DNA from: an uncultured Candidatus Rokubacteria bacterium
Lineage (GTDB): Bacteria; Methylomirabilota; Methylomirabilia; Rokubacteriales; CSP1-6
Assembly: GCA_963754315.1 (NCBI GenBank)
Contig: CAVWFS010000005.1
Span: forward strand, 128,001-192,000
Length of the DNA: 64,000 nt
Direction of reading: 5' to 3'
The position numbers and the translations under genes were made by a program. Every line of letters starts with the position of its first letter. The stretch's first letter is position 1. Positions 29,285 to 39,107 of this stretch are shown here, one piece after another. Below the pieces are notes generated by a model. That model was not told the origin of the DNA. It did no database searches and saw only the letters and a list, made by a program, of their open reading frames with translations.

Positions 29285-30190
29285 ATGGAGCCAAGAATCG
29301 AACCGATCGACGCCACCTTGGGGGCCGTCGTCACCGGTCTCGCCCTCGCCCAGATGGACGGTCCGACCTGGAAGACCGTGGAGCGTGCCTTTCACGACCA
29401 TGCCGTCCTGGTGTTCCCTGGGCAGAACCTGACCGAGAAGGAGCAGGTGGCGTTTGCGAGCCGCTTCGGTGACATCGAGCTCTTGGCCGCGGACCCTGAG
29501 CAAAAGGCGGTCGCGATCAGCAACCAGAAGCCCGACGGTTCGGTCATGGGAGCGGACGAGCATCGCTTCAAGTCGTTGCGCGGCAACGAAGGCTGGCATA
29601 CCGACAGCTCGTACATGCCGCTCGCGGCCAAGGCGTCCGTGCTCTCGGCCCAGGTGGTTCCCTCGGCCGCCGGCGAAACCGAGTGGGCCGACATGCGCGC
29701 CGCCTACGATGCGCTGGACGAGGCGATGCGCCAGCGTATCGCGGGCCTCTCGGCGTACCACTCTCTCTATCACTCTCAGGCCCAGATTGGTCACGTGGTG
29801 CAGACGGGGGCCGGGTACGGCTTTCACACGAAGGGAGCGCCGTTGCGCCCGCTGGTGAAGGTGCATCCCGTGACGGGTCGCCGCGCCCTCTTCATCGGCC
29901 GCCACGCCTATGGCATTCCTGGCCTCGACGAGGCGGCGTCGGAAAAGCTCCTCTCCGACCTGGTCGACTTCGCGTGCCGACCGCCCCGAACGTATGCGCA
30001 TCGGTGGCGCCCGGGCGATGTGGTCATCTGGGACAACCGCTGCGTGCTGCACCGGGCAAGGCCGTATGACTTCCGCGAGCCGCGCGTCATGCGCCACACC
30101 CGCGTCGCGGGAGACCCGGCCACCGAGCTCGCTCCGACCCATCGTGACGACCGGGCCAACGCGTACGAGCCCTCCACCGTGAACCGCTGA
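29285..30190 (+). CDS. TauD/TfdA family Fe(II)/2OG dioxygenase
   Basis: WHTDSSY, WADMRAAYDAL, HPVTGR, WDNRCVLHRA. Confidence 0.92.
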   Translation: MEPRIEPIDATLGAVVTGLALAQMDGPTWKTVERAFHDHAVLVFPGQNLTEKEQVAFASRFGDIELLAADPEQKAVAISNQKPDGSVMGADEHRFKSLRGNEGWHTDSSYMPLAAKASVLSAQVVPSAAGETEWADMRAAYDALDEAMRQRIAGLSAYHSLYHSQAQIGHVVQTGAGYGFHTKGAPLRPLVKVHPVTGRRALFIGRHAYGIPGLDEAASEKLLSDLVDFACRPPRTYAHRWRPGDVVIWDNRCVLHRARPYDFREPRVMRHTRVAGDPATELAPTHRDDRANAYEPSTVNR

Positions 30191-30431
30191 CGATGGGTTT
30201 GCCCCGATTCATCGCCGTGTAGAGCTGCGTTGCTCGGCCCTGATGCCGAGTGTCACATCGATAGTCTTCTGGTGACTCGACGGCACAGCGTTTGCTGTGT
30301 CCGCTTTAATTGACAGCGCAACCGGCGACGCGGACACTTGTCTTGTCGACCTCGTCGTCGGCGAATGGACCGCGGTAACGAGGACCACTGGGCCGAGCTG
30401 CAATGAGCGGCCAGGAAGGAAGGAGTTCGCA

Positions 30432-30608
30432 ATGGCAAAGGTGCTTCGGTGCGGCGACTTGATGCCCGGCTGCAATGCGGTGATCGAAGGCAAGGATGAG
30501 GCCGAGGTGATGGCCAAGGGCGCGGAGCACGCCAAGACGGCTCACAAGATGACGTCGATCCCACCGGACGTCGCGGCCAAGGTGAAGGCGGCGATCAAGG
30601 ACAAATAG
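30432..30608 (+). CDS. DUF1059 family small metal-binding protein
   Basis: MAKVLRCGD..PGC......DE.EV....EHA...H; RBS AAGGAG. Confidence 0.8.
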   Translation: MAKVLRCGDLMPGCNAVIEGKDEAEVMAKGAEHAKTAHKMTSIPPDVAAKVKAAIKDK

Positions 30609-30633
30609 CCCTCGATCCAAGCCCGTTACGGTG

Positions 30634-30676
30634 AACACGCACGAGCGTCGAGCCCTCTCGGCGCTCGCCGTGTTTT
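30634..30676. terminator. Hairpin between convergent genes, likely intrinsic terminator
   Basis: AACACG..CGAGCGTCGAG-CCCT-CTCGGCGCTCG.CGTGTT, followed by T residues. Confidence 0.5.
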
Positions 30677-30697
30677 CAGCGAGGCGGCGTCGAGGGC

Positions 30698-31126
30698 CTA
30701 CCTGTTGAACACCAACGAGAAGGGGCCGTTGTCGTTGGTGCCGTTGCCCGAGAGATGCTGCCTGCCGCCCTTGTCGGACAGATAGAGCGTGCCGGTTGCG
30801 CTGGCCAGGTCTTGGTTCGGTCCCGACAGCCCGGTGTTGTTCAGCGCGAGCTGTCCGTTCACGACACTGATCGTTCCTGTCGCAACGATGTCCGTCAGCG
30901 TGATGGTCATCCGATAGTTGCCGTCCGGCTGGAGGACCATGGTTGCCGGTGAAGCGCCTCCACCGGTACCGATGACATACCCGTTCCACCGGCCGGCCAG
31001 GGTCGGGAGGACCGACGCGCTGACAGGTTTGGCGGGGGGCCCGGCGCATCCCACAGCCATCACCGCCAGCAACACCAGAGCCGCCGCGCCCGCCATCGAG
31101 TCAAGGCCCACGCCATGCTTCCTCAT
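30698..31126 (-). CDS. Hypothetical lipoprotein
   Basis: Hydrophobic leader ending MAVGC, LAGRWNG, beta-rich body. Confidence 0.6.
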   Translation of the reverse strand: MRKHGVGLDSMAGAAALVLLAVMAVGCAGPPAKPVSASVLPTLAGRWNGYVIGTGGGASPATMVLQPDGNYRMTITLTDIVATGTISVVNGQLALNNTGLSGPNQDLASATGTLYLSDKGGRQHLSGNGTNDNGPFSLVFNR

Positions 31127-31181
31127 GGGAAATCCTCCCGAAAGAAACCCCCGCGCGATCCAGGGGCGGCCGCACGCGCCG

Positions 31182-32636
31182 CTACATATGGAGGAGCTCG
31201 ACCGCCTCCTCGTAGATCTCCATGTTCTTGCCGTAGGAGATGGCCGACGCCTGGGCCGCGCTCACGAGATGGCGCCAGCGCCACGGCGCCCGGGTCGTGT
31301 GGAACTCTTCGAAGGTGGCCTGGTGGTGCTTGAAGGCGTGCATCTCGGTGAAGTTATCGTGCACGACGATCTCGGCGAGACGGCTGATCAGCGCGGTCGG
31401 CTCGTATCCGAGATCGGCGTACTGCTGCGCGAGGTTCACGGTGTTCTTCACCTCGGGCACCGCCCGCATCTGCCCCAGATTGGTGACCTTCGACCAGTCG
31501 GTCGGCGGCTGCGTGTAGATGCTCTCGGCGAGGGCATCCAGCAACGCCGCCTGGGTCCGGTGGGGCAGCGCGGCCACCGCCGCCGGATCCGGCTGGGGCG
31601 GTGGCTCCATGCGGTGCTGGGTCGAGCGCACCTCGGGTCCGGTGTGCCACGTCATCAGCGCCAGCAGCTTGTTGCGCAGGCTTACGCCCTCCAGGTTCAG
31701 TAGATACCGGCGTAGGTTGACGCCCGTGTGCAGGTGCACGTCCATCGGATTCCCGGTGAGCGATCGCATGAACAGGCCAGCGGCCCCGATCGACAACGCC
31801 TCACCGGTCCCCTGCAGTGACAGCCCGCTGGCCAGGGCCTGCGCCAGCATCCTCGGGATCTCCGCATAGGAGTCGCATCGCGTGATCGCGTCGCCGAGGA
31901 CCTCGATCTCGGGCGTCTCGGCCGGGCTCGTGTAGAACCCCAGCGGTCGCTTCAGAAGCTCGTACTCCTCGAGCAGCGGCTCGATGTCCTTCAGCACGGG
32001 CGCCGTGGGAAAGCGGGAGACATAGCGAACGGCGGGGCGCATCAGGAACGACGTGTACTCGTGTCCCAGCCAGTCGAGGGCCCGCCACGTGAACATCGGG
32101 AAGATGAAGTAGTGATCGTCCAAGGTGTTCTTCGGGATGGCCACCGTCAGGAGCAGATCCAGCGCCTCGGCGCGGGGAGTGTTATCCCAGAGCCAGAGGA
32201 AGTGGTGATCGGCGGCGTTGTAGAGCCCGCGGTCCAGGGCGGCGAAAAATGCCTTCTTGGTGGCCTCGACACCGCCCGCGTCTACCGGCTCGGCATCGGC
32301 CATGATGTAGGGGCCCATGCCGGGATGATTGATGTGCTTGTTCGAGAGCGCGACGTGCTGAAGGATTGGCAGGAAGCGTTGCTCACCCGATACGCGCTCG
32401 ACGGTGTGGTGCAGCGCATGGAGGCCGACGAGGGGGTGCAGCGGCCCTCCATGGTGACCGGGCGGCAAGTCCGAGGAACGGGTGACCGCCAGCGCGGACG
32501 CGGTCAGGAGCTTCTTGACCGACAGGCCATCGCGCAGCTTGCCCAGGGTCGCTTCGAGGATCCGGCTGGCATCGGTCTCCTCCACGAATCGCACCAGCGG
32601 CTCCATGTCGTCGGCGAACCGTACGGGCCTGTGCAT
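31182..32636 (-). CDS. Conserved hypothetical His-motif helical protein (possibly questin-oxidase-like)
   Basis: 484-aa ORF with strong RBS (AAGGAG). Four spaced His motifs form two repeated units. Confidence 0.6.
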   Translation of the reverse strand: MHRPVRFADDMEPLVRFVEETDASRILEATLGKLRDGLSVKKLLTASALAVTRSSDLPPGHHGGPLHPLVGLHALHHTVERVSGEQRFLPILQHVALSNKHINHPGMGPYIMADAEPVDAGGVEATKKAFFAALDRGLYNAADHHFLWLWDNTPRAEALDLLLTVAIPKNTLDDHYFIFPMFTWRALDWLGHEYTSFLMRPAVRYVSRFPTAPVLKDIEPLLEEYELLKRPLGFYTSPAETPEIEVLGDAITRCDSYAEIPRMLAQALASGLSLQGTGEALSIGAAGLFMRSLTGNPMDVHLHTGVNLRRYLLNLEGVSLRNKLLALMTWHTGPEVRSTQHRMEPPPQPDPAAVAALPHRTQAALLDALAESIYTQPPTDWSKVTNLGQMRAVPEVKNTVNLAQQYADLGYEPTALISRLAEIVVHDNFTEMHAFKHHQATFEEFHTTRAPWRWRHLVSAAQASAISYGKNMEIYEEAVELLHM

Positions 32637-32989
32637 GACCTTTCTCCTTTCGTTCCACGTAGCAGTGTTGCGTGAATCCTAGCGCGTAGCCGCGCCCTGC
32701 GCACCTCTTTTGTCGGGGAGCCTGAGGCATGACAACGTGCACTCCTTGTCATTGGCCCACTCAACGTTCCGTCGTGCATATCGGCTCGACTCCCCGTCAA
32801 TATCGATGCTTCGTCAGTTGACGGTCTCGATGTTGCCGATGCGCCACTCATCACGACGCCGGGGCCGCGGGCGGCCCCGCTGGACTCCGCCGTCGCTCGC
32901 GCTCCGGCCGGAGCGTGCCGGCGGCACGCTCGGCGTTCCAGCGTGCCTCGAAGTCGCCCGTGCGCGCAGGCACCCGTCTCGACCCGGAC

Positions 32990-33170
32990 ACCACCTCCTT
33001 CAGCTCCAGCATCTACTCGCGCAGCCGCGCATCGAGGTCGGAGAACGGCTCGTCGAGCAGCAGCGCTGGGCCCGCAGGGGAAACGCGATGTTCTCGAACA
33101 CCGTCATGTGCGGCCAGATGGCGTAGCTCTGGAACACCATGCCCATCCGGCACCGCTCGGGGGGCCATCC
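32990..33170 (-). pseudogene. Internally deleted ABC ATPase remnant
   Basis: [25 protein letters not shown] is joined almost directly to [16 protein letters not shown]. Signature region and Walker A are missing. Confidence 0.7.
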
Positions 33171-33221
33171 GTCAAGCCGCGCGGCTGCCAACAACAGCTA
33201 CGCGGCTGCGGGGCACGATGG

Positions 33222-33635
33222 TCAGGTGCCGGTGAACACCATGACCCGCGTGGCGCGTGCTGCCGCCCGGAGCGCGCGATCCCGCGTGGCGATCGGGAGG
33301 CTCATGCGGAGGGCAAGCGAGAGGTACGCGGCGTCGTACGCCGACAACCGATGCCCCCGCGCCAGTGCCATCACCTCGGCCGGCTCCGGCGCGAACGAAC
33401 TGACGGTGATAGGCAGGCCCCCGAGAAGCTCGAGGAACCGCTGCCCGTCCTCCCGGCTGAGACGTCCCTGTCGCTCACTGACCACGAGCACGTTGACGAC
33501 CTCGAGGGACCACAGGCTTGGTACTATCGCCCGCTCGGCGGTCAGCGCGGCCAGTACCGCATCGCGGTAGCGGTCGGCCTCGTCCTCGAAGCACCAGGCC
33601 ATCGTCACCGAACAATCCAGGACAAAGCGCGTCAA
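33222..33635 (-). CDS. vapC: Type II TA toxin, VapC/PIN domain
   Basis: FVLDCSVTMAWCFEDE, EVVN, LSAYDAAYL.LA, ATRD. Confidence 0.88.
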   Translation of the reverse strand: MTRFVLDCSVTMAWCFEDEADRYRDAVLAALTAERAIVPSLWSLEVVNVLVVSERQGRLSREDGQRFLELLGGLPITVSSFAPEPAEVMALARGHRLSAYDAAYLSLALRMSLPIATRDRALRAAARATRVMVFTGT

Positions 33636-33859
33636 CGCCGTCCCTGGATGATCAGCGATCGTAGCGAAGCACGCCCGAGTCGACGCCCTCTCCGAAACGC
33701 GCGCAGGCTGGTGATGACGTCAGCCACTGGCTGGGCTCCGGGCGCAGAATCAGCATGGCGACCTCCGTGCCGGGTGATGGTCACGCGCTCCCCTCGGAGG
33801 ACCTGGTCCAGGAGGTGCGGCAGCTGCGTCTTGGCCTCGTAGACACCGACCGTTGTCAT
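33632..33859 (-). CDS. Type II TA antitoxin, Phd/YefM family
   Basis: MTTVGVYEAKTQLPHLLDQV..GERVTITRHG. 4-nt overlap with vapC. Confidence 0.85.
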   Translation of the reverse strand: MTTVGVYEAKTQLPHLLDQVLRGERVTITRHGGRHADSAPGAQPVADVITSLRAFRRGRRLGRASLRSLIIQGRR

Positions 33860-34242
33860 CCCCACCTCCGATAGACCAGAATGCACTAACGATAGACCGT
33901 TCTAGCGCTGCCCGCCATGGTGGCTGCCAAAGGACAGGCTCGGGTCCACAGGACAGGCTTGACGGCCGGGAACGGTCGCGCGATCGGTCCCGGACGGACG
34001 CACATGCTAAGGTCGGCCGGGTATCCAAGCATGGTCCGGGATCGGCAAGGACGCGACGATGATCGACACGTCTCCCGGGTCGAGGCGCGCTTCGAATGCC
34101 ACCTAGCTGCCTACGCCCGGCTCAACGAGGAGCGACGCGAGATCGATCCATGGTCAATGACACCGCCCGGTGGCAGGCGGATGGTGATTCAACCACTCTG
34201 TCGACGTTCGGCCTTCACTCATCGGCTTGAGGCGAAGCTTCG

Positions 34243-35041
34243 CTAGTAGTGCATGTCGGCGCGATTGCCGCCGTCGATGCCGATGGCTTCGCCGTGTACC
34301 CCGATGGTGAGCGGAGAGCACAGCATCGCCACGAAGTATCCGATGTCGGTCGCGGTGACGACGTGCTTGAGCAGCGTGCGCTCGTCGGCCGCTTTATGGA
34401 GCGCCTCCACCGTCGTGCCCTCGCGCTGCGCCTGCTCGGCGTAGCGCTCCAAGGTGGCCTCCGTGATGGTTTGCCCGGGGTAGATGGCGTTGACGTTGAT
34501 GCCGTACGGCCCGAGGGCGTTGGCCATCGACTTGGTCAGGTTGACGGTCCCGATATTGCGAATGCCCCCGCTCACCGCGACGCCGGGGGCGCGCCCGGCC
34601 CCGCCGCTGACGTTGATGACGCGCCCCCAGCCGGCCTGCTTCAGGTACGGGACGGCCGCCTGCACCGTGCGCAGGTAGCCCGACCACCTTCTCTTCGAAG
34701 TCACGCAGGACATCGGCATCGCTCACGGTCTCGACGGTGCCCGGCGTGCCGCCCACGCGGGCCGCGTTGTTGATCACGATGTGGATGCCGCCCAGCTCGC
34801 GCGCCGCCGTGTTGACGAAGTGCTTGATCGCGTCGGCGTTCAGGGTATCGCAGACGATGGGAATCACCTTCCGGCCCGATTCCTTCGCCAGCTCCGCGGC
34901 CGTGTGCTTCAGCGGTCCCTCGCTCCGGGAGCACATGGCAACGTCGCAGCCCTCGAGCGCGAGCTGGCGGGCGATGGCCCGGCCGATGCCGCGGCTGCCG
35001 CCGGTAACGATAGCTTTCTTGCCCGTGAGTTGCAGATCCAC
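34243..35041 (-). CDS. SDR family oxidoreductase (frameshift near 34685)
   Basis: TGGSRGIG, INNA, then GRVINVSG...NAIYPG..IDGG in the second frame. Confidence 0.85.
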
Positions 35042-35072
35042 TCATTCCTCCTCTGCCCCAATCCTCACCCGC

Positions 35073-36632
35073 TCAGGCATGGACACCGATGATCTTGTCC
35101 CAGTCGGTCGCGTGCTGGAAGGCGTGGGCGACCCGCATGAGGAGCGCATCGTCGAAGAAACGCCCGACGAGCTGCATGCTCACCGGCAGACCCGCCGAGG
35201 ACTTGCCCACCGGGAGGGCCAGCGCCGGGTGGCCGGTGTAGTTGAAGGGCTGGGTGTTGCGCGAGTAGCCCCTCGAGTTTGCCATGAGGTTGTCCTCGAC
35301 GGCCTCCATGTAGCTGCTCGGCCGCTGGTTCTTCGGCGCCGCCATGACACAGGTGGGCATCACGAGCACGTCGACATCCGCCAGGGCCGTGTCGTAGGCC
35401 TTGATGTAGCTGGGCCGCACGTTCTGGGCCTTGGCGTACACGCGGCCGTGGTAGTTGCGGCGGCTCAGCTCGGCGGCGATGAGTGACAGCTTGGTGCGTG
35501 GGGCGAGCACATCGGCCTGGGAGGCCCACAGCTTGTTGATGGCCGCGATGACGGAAGCGGGGTAGTAGGTCCTGGTGAAGGCGCCGAAGAAGCCGGTTCT
35601 GAACAGCGCCAGGGCACCCTCGCCCGTGAGCGCCGCCTGGGCCGTGCGGATGGCATGGTGAGCGGGGATGGACACCTTGGACACGTCGGCACCCGTCTTG
35701 GCGAGGACGTCGATCGCCGCCAGCACCACGTCGCGCACCTCGGCCTCCGCCTCGTCGAAGCCCTCCTGCAGCACGCCGATGCGCAGCCCGGCCACTCCGT
35801 CGGCCAGCCGGCCGAGCACGTCCATGCGCGCGGGAACATCGCGCGTCTGGCGGGGATCGTACGGGTCGTATCCCGCGGTGGCCTGAAGCGCCGCCGCCGC
35901 GTCCTCCACGGTGCGCGTCATGGGGCCCGTGTAGTCGATGCTCTGATCCGAGCCGAACCCGATCCCGAAGTGCGAGACGAGCCCGAACGTGGGCTTGTGG
36001 CCGATGATCCCGCAGAACGCCGCCGGGATGCGGATGGAACCGCCCTGGTCGCCGCCGAAGGAGATGTCCACCTCACGAGCGGCCACCGCCGCCGCCGAAC
36101 CTGACGACGAGCCCCCGGTCACGTGCTCATGGTGGTGGGGGTTGAGGGGCCGGCCGTAGTCGCCGATGGCGCCGCCGGTTCCGAATCCGCCACTCAGGCC
36201 GTTCATGACGTTCTTGCCGATGATGGTGCCCCCAGCCTGCAGCACGCGGGTGACCACGGTGGCGTCAAAGTCAGGGACGAAGCCCTCGAGGGCAAAGGAG
36301 CCAAAGCTCATGGGCATCCCGGCGACCGCGATGTGATCCTTGTAGCTGACGGTCTTGCCGGCCAGCACACCTCGGGCCGCCCCCTCGATCCGGCCCTTCC
36401 ACGTCCAGGCATTGAGCGGGTCATCCTCTGGCCCAGGCCGGTAACCGGGTGTCCGCGCGGCCGAAACCATCGGCGGCGCGGGCTCCTCCAGCCGCGCTTG
36501 CACGAAGCTGTCGAGCTCTGTCAGCTGCTCCGTGAGGTACTTCCGGTATAACCGGGCCTCCTCCGGACCCAGGTGAATTCCCAGTTCCTTGGCCACCGCC
36601 ACCACTTCATCGACGTCCGGGACTACGTACAT
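35073..36632 (-). CDS. Amidase signature family enzyme
   Basis: KD, GGSSSGSAAAVA and GDQGGSIRIPA (Ser-cisSer-Lys triad). Confidence 0.92.
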   Translation of the reverse strand: MYVVPDVDEVVAVAKELGIHLGPEEARLYRKYLTEQLTELDSFVQARLEEPAPPMVSAARTPGYRPGPEDDPLNAWTWKGRIEGAARGVLAGKTVSYKDHIAVAGMPMSFGSFALEGFVPDFDATVVTRVLQAGGTIIGKNVMNGLSGGFGTGGAIGDYGRPLNPHHHEHVTGGSSSGSAAAVAAREVDISFGGDQGGSIRIPAAFCGIIGHKPTFGLVSHFGIGFGSDQSIDYTGPMTRTVEDAAAALQATAGYDPYDPRQTRDVPARMDVLGRLADGVAGLRIGVLQEGFDEAEAEVRDVVLAAIDVLAKTGADVSKVSIPAHHAIRTAQAALTGEGALALFRTGFFGAFTRTYYPASVIAAINKLWASQADVLAPRTKLSLIAAELSRRNYHGRVYAKAQNVRPSYIKAYDTALADVDVLVMPTCVMAAPKNQRPSSYMEAVEDNLMANSRGYSRNTQPFNYTGHPALALPVGKSSAGLPVSMQLVGRFFDDALLMRVAHAFQHATDWDKIIGVHA

Positions 36633-36643
36633 GGTCAGCTCTC

Positions 36644-37663
36644 CTAGTACGCCTGGATTCGCACCCCGTCGGCGGAATCACGGGCGTAGTTCTGATCCTG
36701 GTACCAGGCCATGTAACTCGCATACGTGAACGGCTCGAACTTCGGCGGCCTCTCCGCGCTCGTGCAGGTCGACAGGCACTCGATTGGCCAGTCGACGTGA
36801 CAGTCGAAGAAGAAGGGAATGGCGTACCGCTCGCGCCCCGACCGGTTGATCACCCGGTGCGGGGTTGCCAGGAACCGCTCGTTGGTCCAGCGCCGCAGCA
36901 TGTCACCGCCATTGACCAGGAAATGCCCGTCCAGTGCCGGCGCGTCGATCCACGTGCCGCTGCTGGTCCGGAGCGACAGGCCGGGGATCTTGTTCTGGGC
37001 CAGCAAGGTCATGAAGCTCGTGTCGGTGTGGGGCGCGATGCCGAACTCGTTGTCCTCCACCACCGCGACGGGCGGATAGTGCGACATCCGCAAGGTGTAC
37101 TGCGGCACGCTGAAGGCCTGAGCGAAGTGAGCGGCCGGTAAGTCGAGCGCGCGAGCGTAGATCGGGATCAGCCTGAGCGCGAGGGCCTCGAGGGCATCGC
37201 AATAGGCCACCACGGTCTCGCGGAAGCCGGGCAGGCCTTCGGGCCACAGATTTGCGCAGCGGAAGCGCTTGTTGGCGATCACGTCGGGATGATCGTGGGG
37301 CAGGTCTCGCTTGACGAAGAATGCCTCGTTCAGGTTCGGCTTATTATCGGGATTGATTCGCGAATGCCGGGTAGTCGCCCCCTTCATCGGCAGGTAGCCG
37401 ACATTGTGCTGGTTACGCTTCACCTTGAGCTTCTCCTCGAGGGGAAGGGCGTGGAAGCGCTCGGCTTCGGCGAATACCCGGTCGCTGAGCGCCTCCGGCA
37501 CGCCGTGGCCCCTGATGAAGTAGAAGCCGATATGCTCCAAGGCGTGCCGCAGCTCTGCCGCGAGCTGCTCCAGCGCGCCGGACCGGCCCTGGAGATAGGA
37601 AGCGAGATCCAGAATCGGGATCTGTTCCTCGGCGTTGCGAAGCACGGCGGGTGCGAGGCTCAT
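36644..37663 (-). CDS. Isopenicillin N synthase family 2OG-Fe(II) oxygenase
   Basis: IPILDL, GFYFIRGHG, PHTDTS.MTLL, TPHRV, RYAIPFF. Confidence 0.9.
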   Translation of the reverse strand: MSLAPAVLRNAEEQIPILDLASYLQGRSGALEQLAAELRHALEHIGFYFIRGHGVPEALSDRVFAEAERFHALPLEEKLKVKRNQHNVGYLPMKGATTRHSRINPDNKPNLNEAFFVKRDLPHDHPDVIANKRFRCANLWPEGLPGFRETVVAYCDALEALALRLIPIYARALDLPAAHFAQAFSVPQYTLRMSHYPPVAVVEDNEFGIAPHTDTSFMTLLAQNKIPGLSLRTSSGTWIDAPALDGHFLVNGGDMLRRWTNERFLATPHRVINRSGRERYAIPFFFDCHVDWPIECLSTCTSAERPPKFEPFTYASYMAWYQDQNYARDSADGVRIQAY

Positions 37664-37753
37664 GGCAGACCTCCCGGTACGGCGATTGTCGGCGCGCCGG
37701 ACGGCTGGTGTCAACGTGCCCTGTCGGCGAGGCGCCGTGCTAGAGTCCCGCGG

Positions 37754-38971
37754 GTGAGACCGACGGCCCATCTCGCTGCTCGCATCGATGCGATCCTCGC
37801 CACCCTGCGCAGCGCCACGGGTGCCGCCCGCGCGACCCTCCGCATCGACCTTCCCGAGCGGGGCATCCATGTCGACGACGTCGCCGCCGAGGCCGTCAGA
37901 CCCGGCGTAGCGTCGCTGCGCGGACAGACCTCAATCGACCAGCGCGCCGCAGAGAGCATCCGCTGGATCGACGCTAACCGCCGTACGCTCGTGCAGCACG
38001 ATCTCAGCGGCCGTGTGGAGCCAGCGCCGCCGCCGCAGCTCATGTCGGTGTTCGGCGTGACCGCGCAGATGCTCGGGCCCGTGGTGCGCGGCGACGCGCT
38101 CACAGGGTGGATCTCCCTCCACGACGACAAGGGGCCGCGGCGGTGGACCGACGCCGACGTGGCGGCGCTCGACGCGGCCGTGCGCGCCGTGCAGCAGGAG
38201 CTCGACGGCGCCGATGCTCAGCGCACTGGGCGGCTGCAGGGTAAGGTCGCGCTCGTCACCGGCGGGAACACCGGGATCGGCCGTGCCATCGCCCTCGCCT
38301 ATGCGGAAGAAGGCGCGGAGGTCGCCATCGCCTGGGTGGCCAGGGAGCCGGAGGCGCGCTCCCTGGTCGCCGAGATGAAGCGGCGTGGACGGCGCGCCCT
38401 GGCAGTACGCTGCGACGTCACCAGCGAGGACGACGTGCGCGATCTCTTCCAGGCGGTCGTCGACGAGTTCGGCCGGATCGACGTGCTCGTGAACAACGCC
38501 GGCATCCAGAAGGCACAGGCGATCACCGACATGACCCTCGACGACTGGGAGCGTATGATGGCCGTCCACTTGCGCGGCGCCTTCCTGTGCTCGCGCGAGG
38601 TGGCGCGAATCATGATTCCGCAGGGCAGCGGCCGCATCATCCTCCTCAGCTCACAGCTCGCGTACATCGGACGGCCGCGCTACACCGCATACTCGGCAGC
38701 CAAGGGCGGCCTGCTCACCTTCGCGCGGGCCCTGGCCCAGGAGCTGGCGCCGCACGGCATCCTCGTCAATTCGATCGCGCCGGGCCTGATCGACACGGGA
38801 TTCGATCCGTTGCCGGAGGAGGCCAAGCGGGCGCATGCCGCTTCGTTGCCCCTCAAGCGCCTCGGTATGCCGGAGGATCTGGTCGGCGCCTTCGTCTTCC
38901 TCGCCTCGGACGAGAGCCGGTACTTCTGCGGTCAGACGCTCCATCCGAACGGTGGCGAGATCATGCCCTAG
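37754..38971 (+). CDS. GAF domain - SDR oxidoreductase fusion
   Basis: About 150-aa GAF-like region (GV.AQMLGPV.RGD.LTGWISLH....RRWT..DV..L) in frame with TGGNTGIG, NNAG and YSAAK. TGCTAGAGT lies 7 nt before the GTG. Confidence 0.75.
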   Translation: MRPTAHLAARIDAILATLRSATGAARATLRIDLPERGIHVDDVAAEAVRPGVASLRGQTSIDQRAAESIRWIDANRRTLVQHDLSGRVEPAPPPQLMSVFGVTAQMLGPVVRGDALTGWISLHDDKGPRRWTDADVAALDAAVRAVQQELDGADAQRTGRLQGKVALVTGGNTGIGRAIALAYAEEGAEVAIAWVAREPEARSLVAEMKRRGRRALAVRCDVTSEDDVRDLFQAVVDEFGRIDVLVNNAGIQKAQAITDMTLDDWERMMAVHLRGAFLCSREVARIMIPQGSGRIILLSSQLAYIGRPRYTAYSAAKGGLLTFARALAQELAPHGILVNSIAPGLIDTGFDPLPEEAKRAHAASLPLKRLGMPEDLVGAFVFLASDESRYFCGQTLHPNGGEIMP

Positions 38972-39024
38972 CCATAGCGAGAGGCCGCGCGTAGTTCCGT
39001 TCCGGCGAAGGGCAGGGAAAATTC

Positions 39025-39053
39025 TTGACATTGGAGCGGGTCTGTCCCAGGTT
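39025..39053 (+). promoter_or_regulatory. Candidate sigma70 promoter (TTGACA-17-CAGGTT) for the SBP gene
   Basis: Perfect -35 box at 39025-39030 with an A-rich upstream stretch. The -10 match is weak. Confidence 0.35.
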
Positions 39054-39107
39054 CTCCGCAACGAGCACTCGAGGAGCATCAACCCAGGGAAAACGGGGGT
39101 CCAAGCG

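Noticed and set aside
32640..32860. Riboswitch upstream of the 484-aa hypothetical gene
   Set aside because: There is only a short AGAGGTGCG resemblance to a lysine riboswitch 5' end. I could not see the remaining conserved helices; an Rfam/Infernal search would decide.
20647..33859. Integron or IS-borne cassette array explaining the TA modules
   Set aside because: No integrase, transposase, recurring attC-like sites or terminal repeats were seen.
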